NCBI GenBank assembly: GCA_027620445.1
Contig: JAQBYG010000004.1
Span: forward strand, 1-54,576
Length of the DNA: 54,576 nucleotides
Origin: a bacterium
GTDB taxonomy: Bacteria; Patescibacteriota; Microgenomatia; UBA1400; PJMF01
Direction: 5' to 3'
Part shown: positions 45,923 through 53,329 of the stretch, one piece after another
Position numbering within the stretch: position 1 is the first letter of the stretch
How the letters are laid out: every line of letters starts with the position of its first letter
Translations under genes and position numbers: made by a program
The notes under the pieces: model-generated
The model's database searches: none
Told to the model about the DNA's origin: nothing
The model's input: the letters and a program-made list of their open reading frames with translations, nothing else

Positions 45923-46180
45923 ATGTCACACGTCAAAGCCTCGGGAGCAGTCGCACAACACAAACAAGGAAAACGTCATGGTAAACGCCTCGGCGTCAAG
46001 AAGTTTGGTGGCGAAGTAGTTCAAGTCGGCTCAATCATCATTCGTCAGCGCGGCGCAACATACAAAGCTGGCAAAAATGTTGGTCTTGGTCGTGACTACA
46101 CAATCTTCGCACTCAAAGACGGTGTCGTTTCCTTTGGCAAACAACACTCTTCTACTGTTGTCAACGTTGTCCCCTCGTAA
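45923..46180 (+). CDS. rpmA: 50S ribosomal protein L27
   Basis: SHVKASGA...[44 protein letters not shown]. Confidence 0.95.
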   Translation: MSHVKASGAVAQHKQGKRHGKRLGVKKFGGEVVQVGSIIIRQRGATYKAGKNVGLGRDYTIFALKDGVVSFGKQHSSTVVNVVPS

Positions 46181-46186
46181 CTGATG

Positions 46187-46195
46187 TGATATACC
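46187..46195 (+). promoter_or_regulatory. extended -10 element TGaTATACC, 9 nt upstream of the parB ATG
   Basis: Read directly. It shares the 9-mer GTGATATAC and identical spacing with the rplU element. Confidence 0.4.
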
Positions 46196-46204
46196 TTTGG
46201 TAGT

Positions 46205-47035
46205 ATGGCAAATACACCGATACAACTACTCGCGGTACATTTTTTACAACCCAACCCATTTCAACCCAGAAATAAAATTGCAGAAGCTGACATCATAGAG
46301 TTAGCCGACTCCATAAAACAGTTTGGTGTCTTGGAACCTCTCGTCGTAGCTGATACGCCCGCAGGCTATCAGATCATAGCAGGAGAGCGTCGCTGGAGAG
46401 CCGCCAAAATTGCTGGCCTAAGTGAAGTGCCAGTTATTCTCAAAAAAACATCTCCGAGAGAGATGCTGGAAATCGCTTTGATTGAGAATGTGCAGCGCAC
46501 CAACCTCTCTGCGATCGAACGGGCACAAGCCTTCCAACAACTACAACGTGAGTTTCGTTTTACTGTCTCTGATATTTCTCGCCGCATTAGCAAGTCAAGT
46601 TCTTATGTGAGCAACACATTGAAGTTGTTGACACTACCGGATGCTATCAAGGACGGTCTTCTGGGCGGCAGTATCTCAGAGGGTCATGCCCGAGCCATTT
46701 CTGGCATCCCCAACGAAACAACCATGATAGCTGTCTACAAGCGCATCCTCAAAGAGAACGCATCGGTACGCAGAGCAGAGGAGTTATCAAGACTCGCCAA
46801 AGATGATTCTATAGACACACAATTTCGTACTAAGCCGGGTGTGTACGCCATTGATAATAAAAAACTCAAACACTGGGAGAAAACCATCCAGCGCATGCTC
46901 GCCGCCAAATCACAACTGAGACTGGTTCGAACGGATCGTCAAACAAAAATCAGCATTACACTCAAAGGCGATGTCGAAAAAACCCAACAAGATCTAGAAA
47001 AATTCATGAGCATTATCGAAGCTCAAACAGAGTAG
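46205..47035 (+). CDS. parB: ParB/Spo0J chromosome partitioning protein
   Basis: PNPFQPR, GERRWRAAKIAGL (arginine patch / CTP-binding box), and an HTH region. Confidence 0.9.
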   Translation: MANTPIQLLAVHFLQPNPFQPRNKIAEADIIELADSIKQFGVLEPLVVADTPAGYQIIAGERRWRAAKIAGLSEVPVILKKTSPREMLEIALIENVQRTNLSAIERAQAFQQLQREFRFTVSDISRRISKSSSYVSNTLKLLTLPDAIKDGLLGGSISEGHARAISGIPNETTMIAVYKRILKENASVRRAEELSRLAKDDSIDTQFRTKPGVYAIDNKKLKHWEKTIQRMLAAKSQLRLVRTDRQTKISITLKGDVEKTQQDLEKFMSIIEAQTE

Positions 47036-47617
47036 TTAGTAAGTAACCTTTTCCAAAAGACCAATATCTTTGACTGGCCAGTAGCGAAAGAATGCTCTGC
47101 CAACGATTTCATCAAGCGTGACAGGACCCCAGGCGCGTGAGTCGCTTGAGTGTGGTCGATTGTCACCCACAGCAAAATACTCATTTGGTCCCAGGGTGGA
47201 GATACGACCGCCCGCAGTAAACCCACCCTCGCTCGTCACCACTGTGCTTTCCAAGTACTGAGATTCATCTAGACGCTGTTGATTTACATATATCGCCGAG
47301 TCTTTTACTTGGACAGTATCACCTGGTACCGCTAGAACTCGCTTAATAAAGTCACAACCAGTGCCCTCGGGACAATTGGCGGCTGGGGGAGCATGAAACA
47401 CAATCACATCTCCGCGCTGAGGGGTGCCAACACGATAACTCACCTTATCAGTCAGCAAGTAATCACCGTTATGAAAGTTCGGGAACATGGAAAGACCATT
47501 AACCTGATGCGGCTGTAACAGAAATAAGTACACAACTAAGAACAGTGACAAACCAATGACAATAGTCTCGATGAAATCGAGAATGATGCTAGAAAATGAC
47601 TTTATAAACTTATGCAT
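47036..47617 (-). CDS. lepB: signal peptidase I
   Basis: GLSMFPNF (catalytic Ser), the Lys-box region DVIVFH and FIKRVLAVPGD, and GDNRPHSSDSR. I prefer the ATG 47617 start (MHKFIKS). The track start at 47704 would overlap the divergent gene. Confidence 0.9.
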   Translation of the reverse strand: MHKFIKSFSSIILDFIETIVIGLSLFLVVYLFLLQPHQVNGLSMFPNFHNGDYLLTDKVSYRVGTPQRGDVIVFHAPPAANCPEGTGCDFIKRVLAVPGDTVQVKDSAIYVNQQRLDESQYLESTVVTSEGGFTAGGRISTLGPNEYFAVGDNRPHSSDSRAWGPVTLDEIVGRAFFRYWPVKDIGLLEKVTY

Positions 47618-47670
47618 AGGACGTTGCTCATTATCACGATTCTCCACTAGAGTTTCAAGCAGTAAATAGC

Positions 47671-47676
47671 GATAAT
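47671..47676 (+). promoter_or_regulatory. -10-like hexamer GATAAT, 6 nt upstream of ATG 47683
   Basis: Read directly: gcGATAATagcaagATG. Confidence 0.35.
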
Positions 47677-47682
47677 AGCAAG

Positions 47683-48909
47683 ATGGGTTACACCGGACAT
47701 ACACTTCGTGGCTTTAGTTGGCAAACATTCTTAAAATTTGGAACGGCTGGCATCGCGCTGGTCAAAATTTCATTGCTCTCACATCTTCTTTCTCCTGCTG
47801 ACTTTGGTGTGTTTGCAATCGTACTTGTAACTTTGGGAATCAGTGAGGCAACAACACAGACCGGTGTCAACATAACGCTGCTACAAACAACCCGCAGTAT
47901 TCGCTACTACCTCTCAACCGCATGGGTTATTGCCATTACACGCGGACTGTTTATCGCTATTCTGATGTCGTGTCTTGGGCTCGTGCTAGCACAGTACTTC
48001 GACAACCCCCTGCTCGCACCACTCACGGCAGTAGCTGCACTCGTCCCACTCATCAAAGGCTTTATCAATCCGAGCTTAATCACGTACCAAAAAGAATTGC
48101 GCTTTTCGCGTGAAGCTGCCTTTCGGCTTTCTCTTTCACTCATCGAGACAACGGCGACTATTTTCTTCGCTGTCTTCATTCGCTCACCTTTAGCGATGCT
48201 ACTTGGTCTCGTATTTATCGCATTCGTCGAAGTTATTGCCTCGTTTCTTCTGTTTTCCGAGCGACCAACGTTACAGTTTCACAAAAATCGCGCCAAAGAT
48301 ATTCTCCAAAACTCGCTCGGCCTCAGTCCTGCCGCGCTCCTCAGTTACGTCGGCGACAATATCGATGATTTTTTGATCGGAAAACTACTTGGTACCTACA
48401 AACTAGGTCTCTATCACAATGCCTATGCACTCAGTCATAAGCCAAACTACGATATCTCAAAAGCACTCAATCACTCAACACTCCCGATCTTTGCGAAAAT
48501 GCTGAGCGACAAACAACGCCTCAAAAATGCCTTTCTTAAATCATCTATCTCACTTATATCGTTGATTGTGGTGATTTCCCTGCCACTCTTTATCTTCCCG
48601 ACCCAACTTGTTTCGCTGCTGTTTGGCGAGGCGTGGGCTCCGATTGCACCCGTGCTACCACTACTCGCTCTTGCCGGGATCTTGCAGAGTTGCAACAACC
48701 TCGGATACAACCTCTGGCTTGCCTCAAAAAAGTACTTTTTACTCAACACGCACCTCACGCTGAGCGTCGGCACGCTCATCGTCAGTATCTTCTACTTTGT
48801 CTCCACCAATGATTTCTACGGAACAGGACAAGCCATTCTACTCTCGCGCATCATTCCACTTCCGTTACTCATTATTGGCGTGTATAAAACACTCAAACAT
48901 GCAACCTAG
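47683..48909 (+). CDS. Wzx-like oligosaccharide flippase (MOP superfamily polysaccharide biosynthesis protein)
   Basis: About 12 predicted TM helices. The N-terminus (GFSWQTFLKFGTAGIALVKISLLSHLLSPADFGVFAIV) is typical of this family. Confidence 0.7.
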   Translation: MGYTGHTLRGFSWQTFLKFGTAGIALVKISLLSHLLSPADFGVFAIVLVTLGISEATTQTGVNITLLQTTRSIRYYLSTAWVIAITRGLFIAILMSCLGLVLAQYFDNPLLAPLTAVAALVPLIKGFINPSLITYQKELRFSREAAFRLSLSLIETTATIFFAVFIRSPLAMLLGLVFIAFVEVIASFLLFSERPTLQFHKNRAKDILQNSLGLSPAALLSYVGDNIDDFLIGKLLGTYKLGLYHNAYALSHKPNYDISKALNHSTLPIFAKMLSDKQRLKNAFLKSSISLISLIVVISLPLFIFPTQLVSLLFGEAWAPIAPVLPLLALAGILQSCNNLGYNLWLASKKYFLLNTHLTLSVGTLIVSIFYFVSTNDFYGTGQAILLSRIIPLPLLIIGVYKTLKHAT

Positions 48910-49534
48910 CCTCTCTATCATCGACATTGGCAAAGAGAACGACCACCAGCCGATCACAGACTTCGCTGCGGCCAGAAATGCAGCGCTCAAAAAAGCAACC
49001 ACCGATTGGGTGCTATTCCTTGATTCTGATGAAGTCATATCCGAAGGCGAATTAGCGAAGTTGAAGGCAATTATTGCTGAGACCAAGGCAGCTGGTTTGT
49101 ACCTGCGTCGCTCAGATATTTTTTATGGCAAACGACTGCACTATGGTGAATGGGGGAGTACTAAAATCTTGCGGGGAATGCAGCGCACAAAAGCTCGATA
49201 CAAAGGTGTCGTGCATGAGGTGTCAATTATTTCTGGTGAAACTGAGCAAACGGATATCGTTATTTTGCACCACGCCCACACGAGCATCACTCAGTTTTTA
49301 TCCAAGATTTTCTACTATAGTGAACTAGCGGCCAATGAAAAAAAAGTGAGTCTCGCGAGGACGAGTTTTGAAATCGTATTGTACCCAATAGCAAAATTTG
49401 TGCTCAATTATGTTATACGCCTTGGGTTTTTTGATGGTTGGCGCGGACTTACTTACGCCACCATGATGACTCTGCATTCATTTTTTGTGCGAGCATTTCG
49501 CATCGCGAAACACCTCCAACATGAAGCTACCTAA
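48899..49534 (+). CDS. short glycosyltransferase family 2-like protein (WaaE/KdtX-like) with an apparently deleted N-terminal nucleotide-binding segment
   Basis: DFAAARNAALKKATTDWVLFLDSDEVIS (DxD) and the C-terminal GWRGL motif. Only 211 aa from ATG 48899. Confidence 0.55.
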   Translation: MQPSLSIIDIGKENDHQPITDFAAARNAALKKATTDWVLFLDSDEVISEGELAKLKAIIAETKAAGLYLRRSDIFYGKRLHYGEWGSTKILRGMQRTKARYKGVVHEVSIISGETEQTDIVILHHAHTSITQFLSKIFYYSELAANEKKVSLARTSFEIVLYPIAKFVLNYVIRLGFFDGWRGLTYATMMTLHSFFVRAFRIAKHLQHEAT

Positions 49535-50681
49535 CTCACCACTCAAAGAAACAATCCTGTTAAGCATCTTTATTTTTACGCTCTCGCTTGGCCAACTCCA
49601 ACGCATTCCGGTTGCCTGGGGTGCGCAGTACGCGCATGAGCTCGTGCTTTTGGTTTTCTTATTTATCACCCGACAACGATATGCTCGGGTACTGATTGCA
49701 ACTTGGAAGAAAACATCTCTCAACGCAAAAATCCTCGTAGCACTGATAGTCTTTGGGGTCTTGCTACAGAACTTCACAACTGGAGAGCAACGGGGACTCC
49801 TCCTCACCTTTCGCGCATTTCTCTACGCCAGCACGGCTTGGACTGTCTACGTAACAGTTTCAAATAAACAGAAACAATTACTCCGCCTGTTTCTGCTCGC
49901 AAGCGGATTGGTCATGGCAGCCATGGGCATACTACAGTATCTCTTTCTGCCAGACGTTCGATTCTTGGTGGCACTCGGCTGGGATGATCACTACTACCGA
50001 GCAATTGGCAGCATGCTCGATCCGAACTACCTCGGCATCTTGCTCGTGCTTACCCTAGCAAATCTCTGGAGCTGGACGAAAAAAATCCCCCACAATTGGC
50101 TACTTTCTCTCACCATACTCTTGAGCATCACCATCGGCATGACGCTCTCACGCGCAACTTTTTTGGCAGCGGTAGTTTTCTTGGCCACGCAGTTTTTAGC
50201 AAAAAAACAACTCACCAGCCTTGCTGCGATAGCTATCATCCTGACAGTAGTACTCCTTCCCAAACCAACCGGCGAGGGCGTCAATTTGCTTCGCACCAGC
50301 AGCATCAACAGCCGCGTCTCCCACGACCAATCAATCATCATGGAGTCACTGAACAACCCCATCAAAATGCTTTTTGGTACCGGCTTATTTTCAAGCACGC
50401 ACCAATCAACCGCACCCGACAAAAGCTTCGATCATGGCCTGATCGCCAATAATGTTTTTGTTTTGTTGTACCAAGGTATTGGCCTGGTTGGAATTGCGCT
50501 CTTACTTCCGATGGTCTGGCAAGGCTATAGAATTCTGTACAAAAAAGAGAACCTCATTGCTTTTGGCATACTCGCGCTGTTCGTGCACGCGCAGTTCAAC
50601 AACACTTTTTTTGAACCAATTATTTTTTCGTACTGGGTGTGGACGCTCGCTACACTACAAAAAGCTAGAGCTGAAACGTAA
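49521..50681 (+). CDS. O-antigen ligase / Wzy_C-like membrane protein (second copy)
   Basis: Polytopic protein with the segment SITIGMTLSRATFLAAVVFL, resembling the Wzy_C core. I chose the ATG 49521 start. Confidence 0.6.
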   Translation: MKLPNSPLKETILLSIFIFTLSLGQLQRIPVAWGAQYAHELVLLVFLFITRQRYARVLIATWKKTSLNAKILVALIVFGVLLQNFTTGEQRGLLLTFRAFLYASTAWTVYVTVSNKQKQLLRLFLLASGLVMAAMGILQYLFLPDVRFLVALGWDDHYYRAIGSMLDPNYLGILLVLTLANLWSWTKKIPHNWLLSLTILLSITIGMTLSRATFLAAVVFLATQFLAKKQLTSLAAIAIILTVVLLPKPTGEGVNLLRTSSINSRVSHDQSIIMESLNNPIKMLFGTGLFSSTHQSTAPDKSFDHGLIANNVFVLLYQGIGLVGIALLLPMVWQGYRILYKKENLIAFGILALFVHAQFNNTFFEPIIFSYWVWTLATLQKARAET

Positions 50682-51387
50682 CTGCAATCTTCTTTTCTGT
50701 TACATTGCCTGCCGCATCTGTCGCGATCAGCTCAAGCTCATTCTTTCCTTCTTGCAATCGGAAGTTGTGAGTAAACACGCCATCCTGTTTGGCGTAGGTG
50801 AGTTGACCGTTAATAGTTACCTTGACCCCAGGATCTGTCACCCCAGTGACACTCAGATTCTGTTGAGCGCGACCTTGGATTGTCGCATCTGCTGTTGGTT
50901 GTGTAACATCTAGGAGGGGAACTTCTGTATCAAGGGAAATTTTATATGCCCGACTCACCTGCGACTCGTTGCCGGCTGCATCTCGCGCATAGGTAGTCAA
51001 TACATTTTCACCCTCTGTCAAAACTGTCGTAGCCTGGAACGAACCATCAGCTTGCGCCTTAACTGCCTCGAGCTCCTCGCCATTCACGATCACAAAGACT
51101 TCGCTCTCTGCTTCGGCATACCCAAACAGCAACAACTCTGCATCTTTGGTCGCCTTAGGTGGGGCAGTCAAGGTCGGGGTGAAGGGTGGCAACTCATCTT
51201 TGGGAGCAAACGGCGCGTTATTACTGCCCAAAAGCGAAGAGGTGATATTGATAAAGTTCGGCAGAATCACAAAAATAAATAACCCAATCAGAATCACGGC
51301 CAAGATTATGAACAGCCAAAATTGGCGAACAACCTTGGTTTTTTCTTTTTTGACTAGACGTGAAGAGATACGATTTCGCATAGGCAT
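50665..51387 (-). CDS. membrane-anchored surface protein with two tandem bacterial Ig-like repeats
   Basis: N-terminal TM (FWLFIILAVILIGLFIFVIL). Two repeats of about 70 aa, each ending in a DAAGN motif (ARDAAGNES / ATDAAGNVT). GAGG lies 8 nt upstream of the ATG. Confidence 0.6.
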   Translation of the reverse strand: MPMRNRISSRLVKKEKTKVVRQFWLFIILAVILIGLFIFVILPNFINITSSLLGSNNAPFAPKDELPPFTPTLTAPPKATKDAELLLFGYAEAESEVFVIVNGEELEAVKAQADGSFQATTVLTEGENVLTTYARDAAGNESQVSRAYKISLDTEVPLLDVTQPTADATIQGRAQQNLSVTGVTDPGVKVTINGQLTYAKQDGVFTHNFRLQEGKNELELIATDAAGNVTEKKIAVTFQL

Positions 51388-51413
51388 TTAGTATACCTCA
51401 AATTGTGCTAAGG

Positions 51414-51486
51414 AGCCGAGAAGGGGATTCGGACCCCTGACCTACGGTTTACGATACCGCCGCTCTACCAGCTGAGCTATCCCGGC
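51414..51486 (-). tRNA. tRNA-Thr (anticodon CGU), no encoded CCA
   Basis: I folded the reverse complement by hand: GCCGGGA TA GCTC AGCTGGTA GAGC G GCGGT ATCGTAA ACCGT AGGTC AGGGG TCCGAAT CCCCT TCTCGGC T. All four stems pair (one G-U in the acceptor stem, one in the anticodon stem). Confidence 0.9.
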
Positions 51487-51576
51487 ACAAATCACAGCGC
51501 ACTTGCGCGTATTGTACAGACAACCTATTGTAAAAACTACCTCAAGAGTGAGAGGTGATCTTTCCAAGATGACATC

Positions 51577-51620
51577 ATTTTCAGCTGGTTACGTTTTGTA
51601 ACCAACACACTGCTGAAAAT
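51577..51620. repeat. nested imperfect hairpin (9-bp outer stem, 7-bp inner stem)
   Basis: ATTTTCAGC (51577-85) pairs with GCTGAAAAT (51612-20). TGGTTAC (51586-92) pairs with GTAACCA (51598-604), with loop GTTTT and a 7-nt bulge ACACACT. Confidence 0.55.
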
Positions 51621-51820
51621 TCTACATGAACTGTAGGAACTTAAGAGCTAAAGAACTACTCTCTGCTCAACAGCCACACCATCTAGTGAAACCATCCAAA
51701 GATACCACCCGGCTAGTTGAAACACACTGTTTTTGTGTCGTCCTGAAGAGTTATCTTCGGTCCTTCTCATTTTGGGTAATTTCTCAGCTACCTAATTCTA
51801 TAACTTAATGCGTTGAAAAA

Positions 51821-52234
51821 CTATTTAGTAATTGATACCTTTGAGAACCCTTCTTTATAAAACCTCCAAAACCAATAGCCAAAGAATAATTGAAATGGAA
51901 TATTGATCCATACACCCCAAGGTAAAGACAAAATGGGTGTGAAGATCAATAAGAGTAGGCCCAATCCGCCATTATCTAACAGCCCAAACAATAGTAAGTA
52001 TTCCGTCCACTTTGAGTGAGGCTTTTTATAGATATACCAATAAACAAAGAAGTCTAGTAAAACAATTACTCCCCAAACTCGCACAAGAATTATTTGGAAG
52101 TCTGTTAGGTTCAAGCCAAGAGATGGAATAAGTGATTTTGGAATTAGTAATGGGATTAAACCCCAAACACATATCACCATGAAAAATTTAAAGTACATGA
52201 CTTTTTTAAAGATCGAAGAATCAAGAATATTCAT
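51821..52234 (-). CDS. hypothetical 4-TM membrane protein (AT-rich orphan)
   Basis: 137-aa ORF with four hydrophobic, Trp/Phe-rich segments. The line at 51841 is about 32% G+C. Confidence 0.5.
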   Translation of the reverse strand: MNILDSSIFKKVMYFKFFMVICVWGLIPLLIPKSLIPSLGLNLTDFQIILVRVWGVIVLLDFFVYWYIYKKPHSKWTEYLLLFGLLDNGGLGLLLLIFTPILSLPWGVWINIPFQLFFGYWFWRFYKEGFSKVSITK

Positions 52235-52378
52235 AACTCAAGTATATCAATAAGTGATAAAATCAGGCTACCGAATGATCTCTGTGGTGAATATGTACCT
52301 TTTGAGGGAGCTGATGGCACATTGTGATCCATCTTAGCCAAAGAGATCGCCGTTTGTATTGTAAAGAGTGCGATTTAT

Positions 52379-53092
52379 ATGAAAAAATTTAGTGGAGCAT
52401 TCAAAAAACAACTTGAGGAAGTGACTAAAAAATCTACTACTATGGTCACGAATGGAGTCACTATGGACATGATGGGTCAAAAAGGAGAAAAAGTGGAAGA
52501 AAAGTTTATTTTATATGAGGACTACATTGAAGAATTATTTAAGAAAAAACGTGCAGTCGCCATTCAGCTAGTCACTCCAATGCCAAAAATGCGAATCGAT
52601 ATAGGAAACTCTGTTTTGCATTCCATTTATGAAGAAATAAGAGACAGTTTAACGTTAGGCATGTTCCCATCAGCAATTATGCATTCAATTCTACTGCTTG
52701 AATATGCAATGAGAATTAAATTTTATGAGAAGCGACAAAAGTCTGATCCAAACGCACATTGGAAAGATTTCGCTAAGTTAACAATAAGACAACTAACTAC
52801 TCCATTACGGAAAGCGGGGGTAATTACAAAAGCAGAGAAGAATGAGCTTGATGATTTTAACGATAAAATTCGCAATCCTTACATGCATATTAATATCTAT
52901 GAATTAACAAAAGATGTGACACTCGATGTCACATCTGCGAATATAGTTAAGGAAGAAATAAAAATGATGAAGGATTTACCTGTAACAGACAAGCCTTTTC
53001 TGTGGTTTGCAGGTAAAAAGAAGTACGATGCCATGAATGTTTTGCCAATAATGGAAAAATGTGTTGGTTACGTTAATAAAATCTTTGATTAG
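52379..53092 (+). CDS. hypothetical protein with a HEPN/DUF4145-like helical domain (R-N-x3-H motif)
   Basis: 237-aa ORF. The segment SAIMHSILLLEYAMR ... LTIRQLTTPLRKAGVITKAEKNELDDFNDKIRNPYMH follows the helix-spacer-Rx4H layout of HEPN/DUF4145 proteins. AT-rich. Confidence 0.4.
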   Translation: MKKFSGAFKKQLEEVTKKSTTMVTNGVTMDMMGQKGEKVEEKFILYEDYIEELFKKKRAVAIQLVTPMPKMRIDIGNSVLHSIYEEIRDSLTLGMFPSAIMHSILLLEYAMRIKFYEKRQKSDPNAHWKDFAKLTIRQLTTPLRKAGVITKAEKNELDDFNDKIRNPYMHINIYELTKDVTLDVTSANIVKEEIKMMKDLPVTDKPFLWFAGKKKYDAMNVLPIMEKCVGYVNKIFD

Positions 53093-53225
53093 GTTTAGGT
53101 TCGCCTCTGGTTACCGACATCAGATTCTTCCAGGCTAAAGACAAATCATTAAAATTTGTGGCTCGAACTCGGGGGAAGATGGATTTCTTGGGGAAAATTC
53201 AGACCACAGCAAAACTACTCCCATA

Positions 53226-53299
53226 TGGAGCGAGATACGGGAATCGAACCCGTGCTTTTACCTTGGGAAGGTAATGTACTGCCATTATACTAATCTCGC
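53226..53299 (-). tRNA. tRNA-Gly (anticodon CCC), CCA encoded
   Basis: Reverse complement: GCGAGAT TA GTAT AATGGCA GTAC A TTACC TTCCCAA GGTAA AAGC ACGGG TTCGATT CCCGT ATCTCGC T CCA. Canonical cloverleaf with discriminator U73. Confidence 0.92.
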
Positions 53300-53329
53300 A
53301 CGCAGTGGTATTGTAACAAAGAAAAACAG

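Noticed and set aside
53160-53185. The sequence GGCTCGAACTCGGGGG near tRNA-Gly, which superficially resembles a tRNA T-arm fragment (a possible att remnant).
   Set aside because: It cannot be folded into a T stem-loop on either strand and does not match the 3' half of tRNA-Gly or tRNA-Thr.
51487-53225. Calling the tRNA-flanked islet a mobile element or prophage remnant.
   Set aside because: I found no integrase, recombinase, transposase or phage-like gene, and no direct repeat of either tRNA 3' end when reading both strands. I therefore report it only as an anomalous AT-rich islet.
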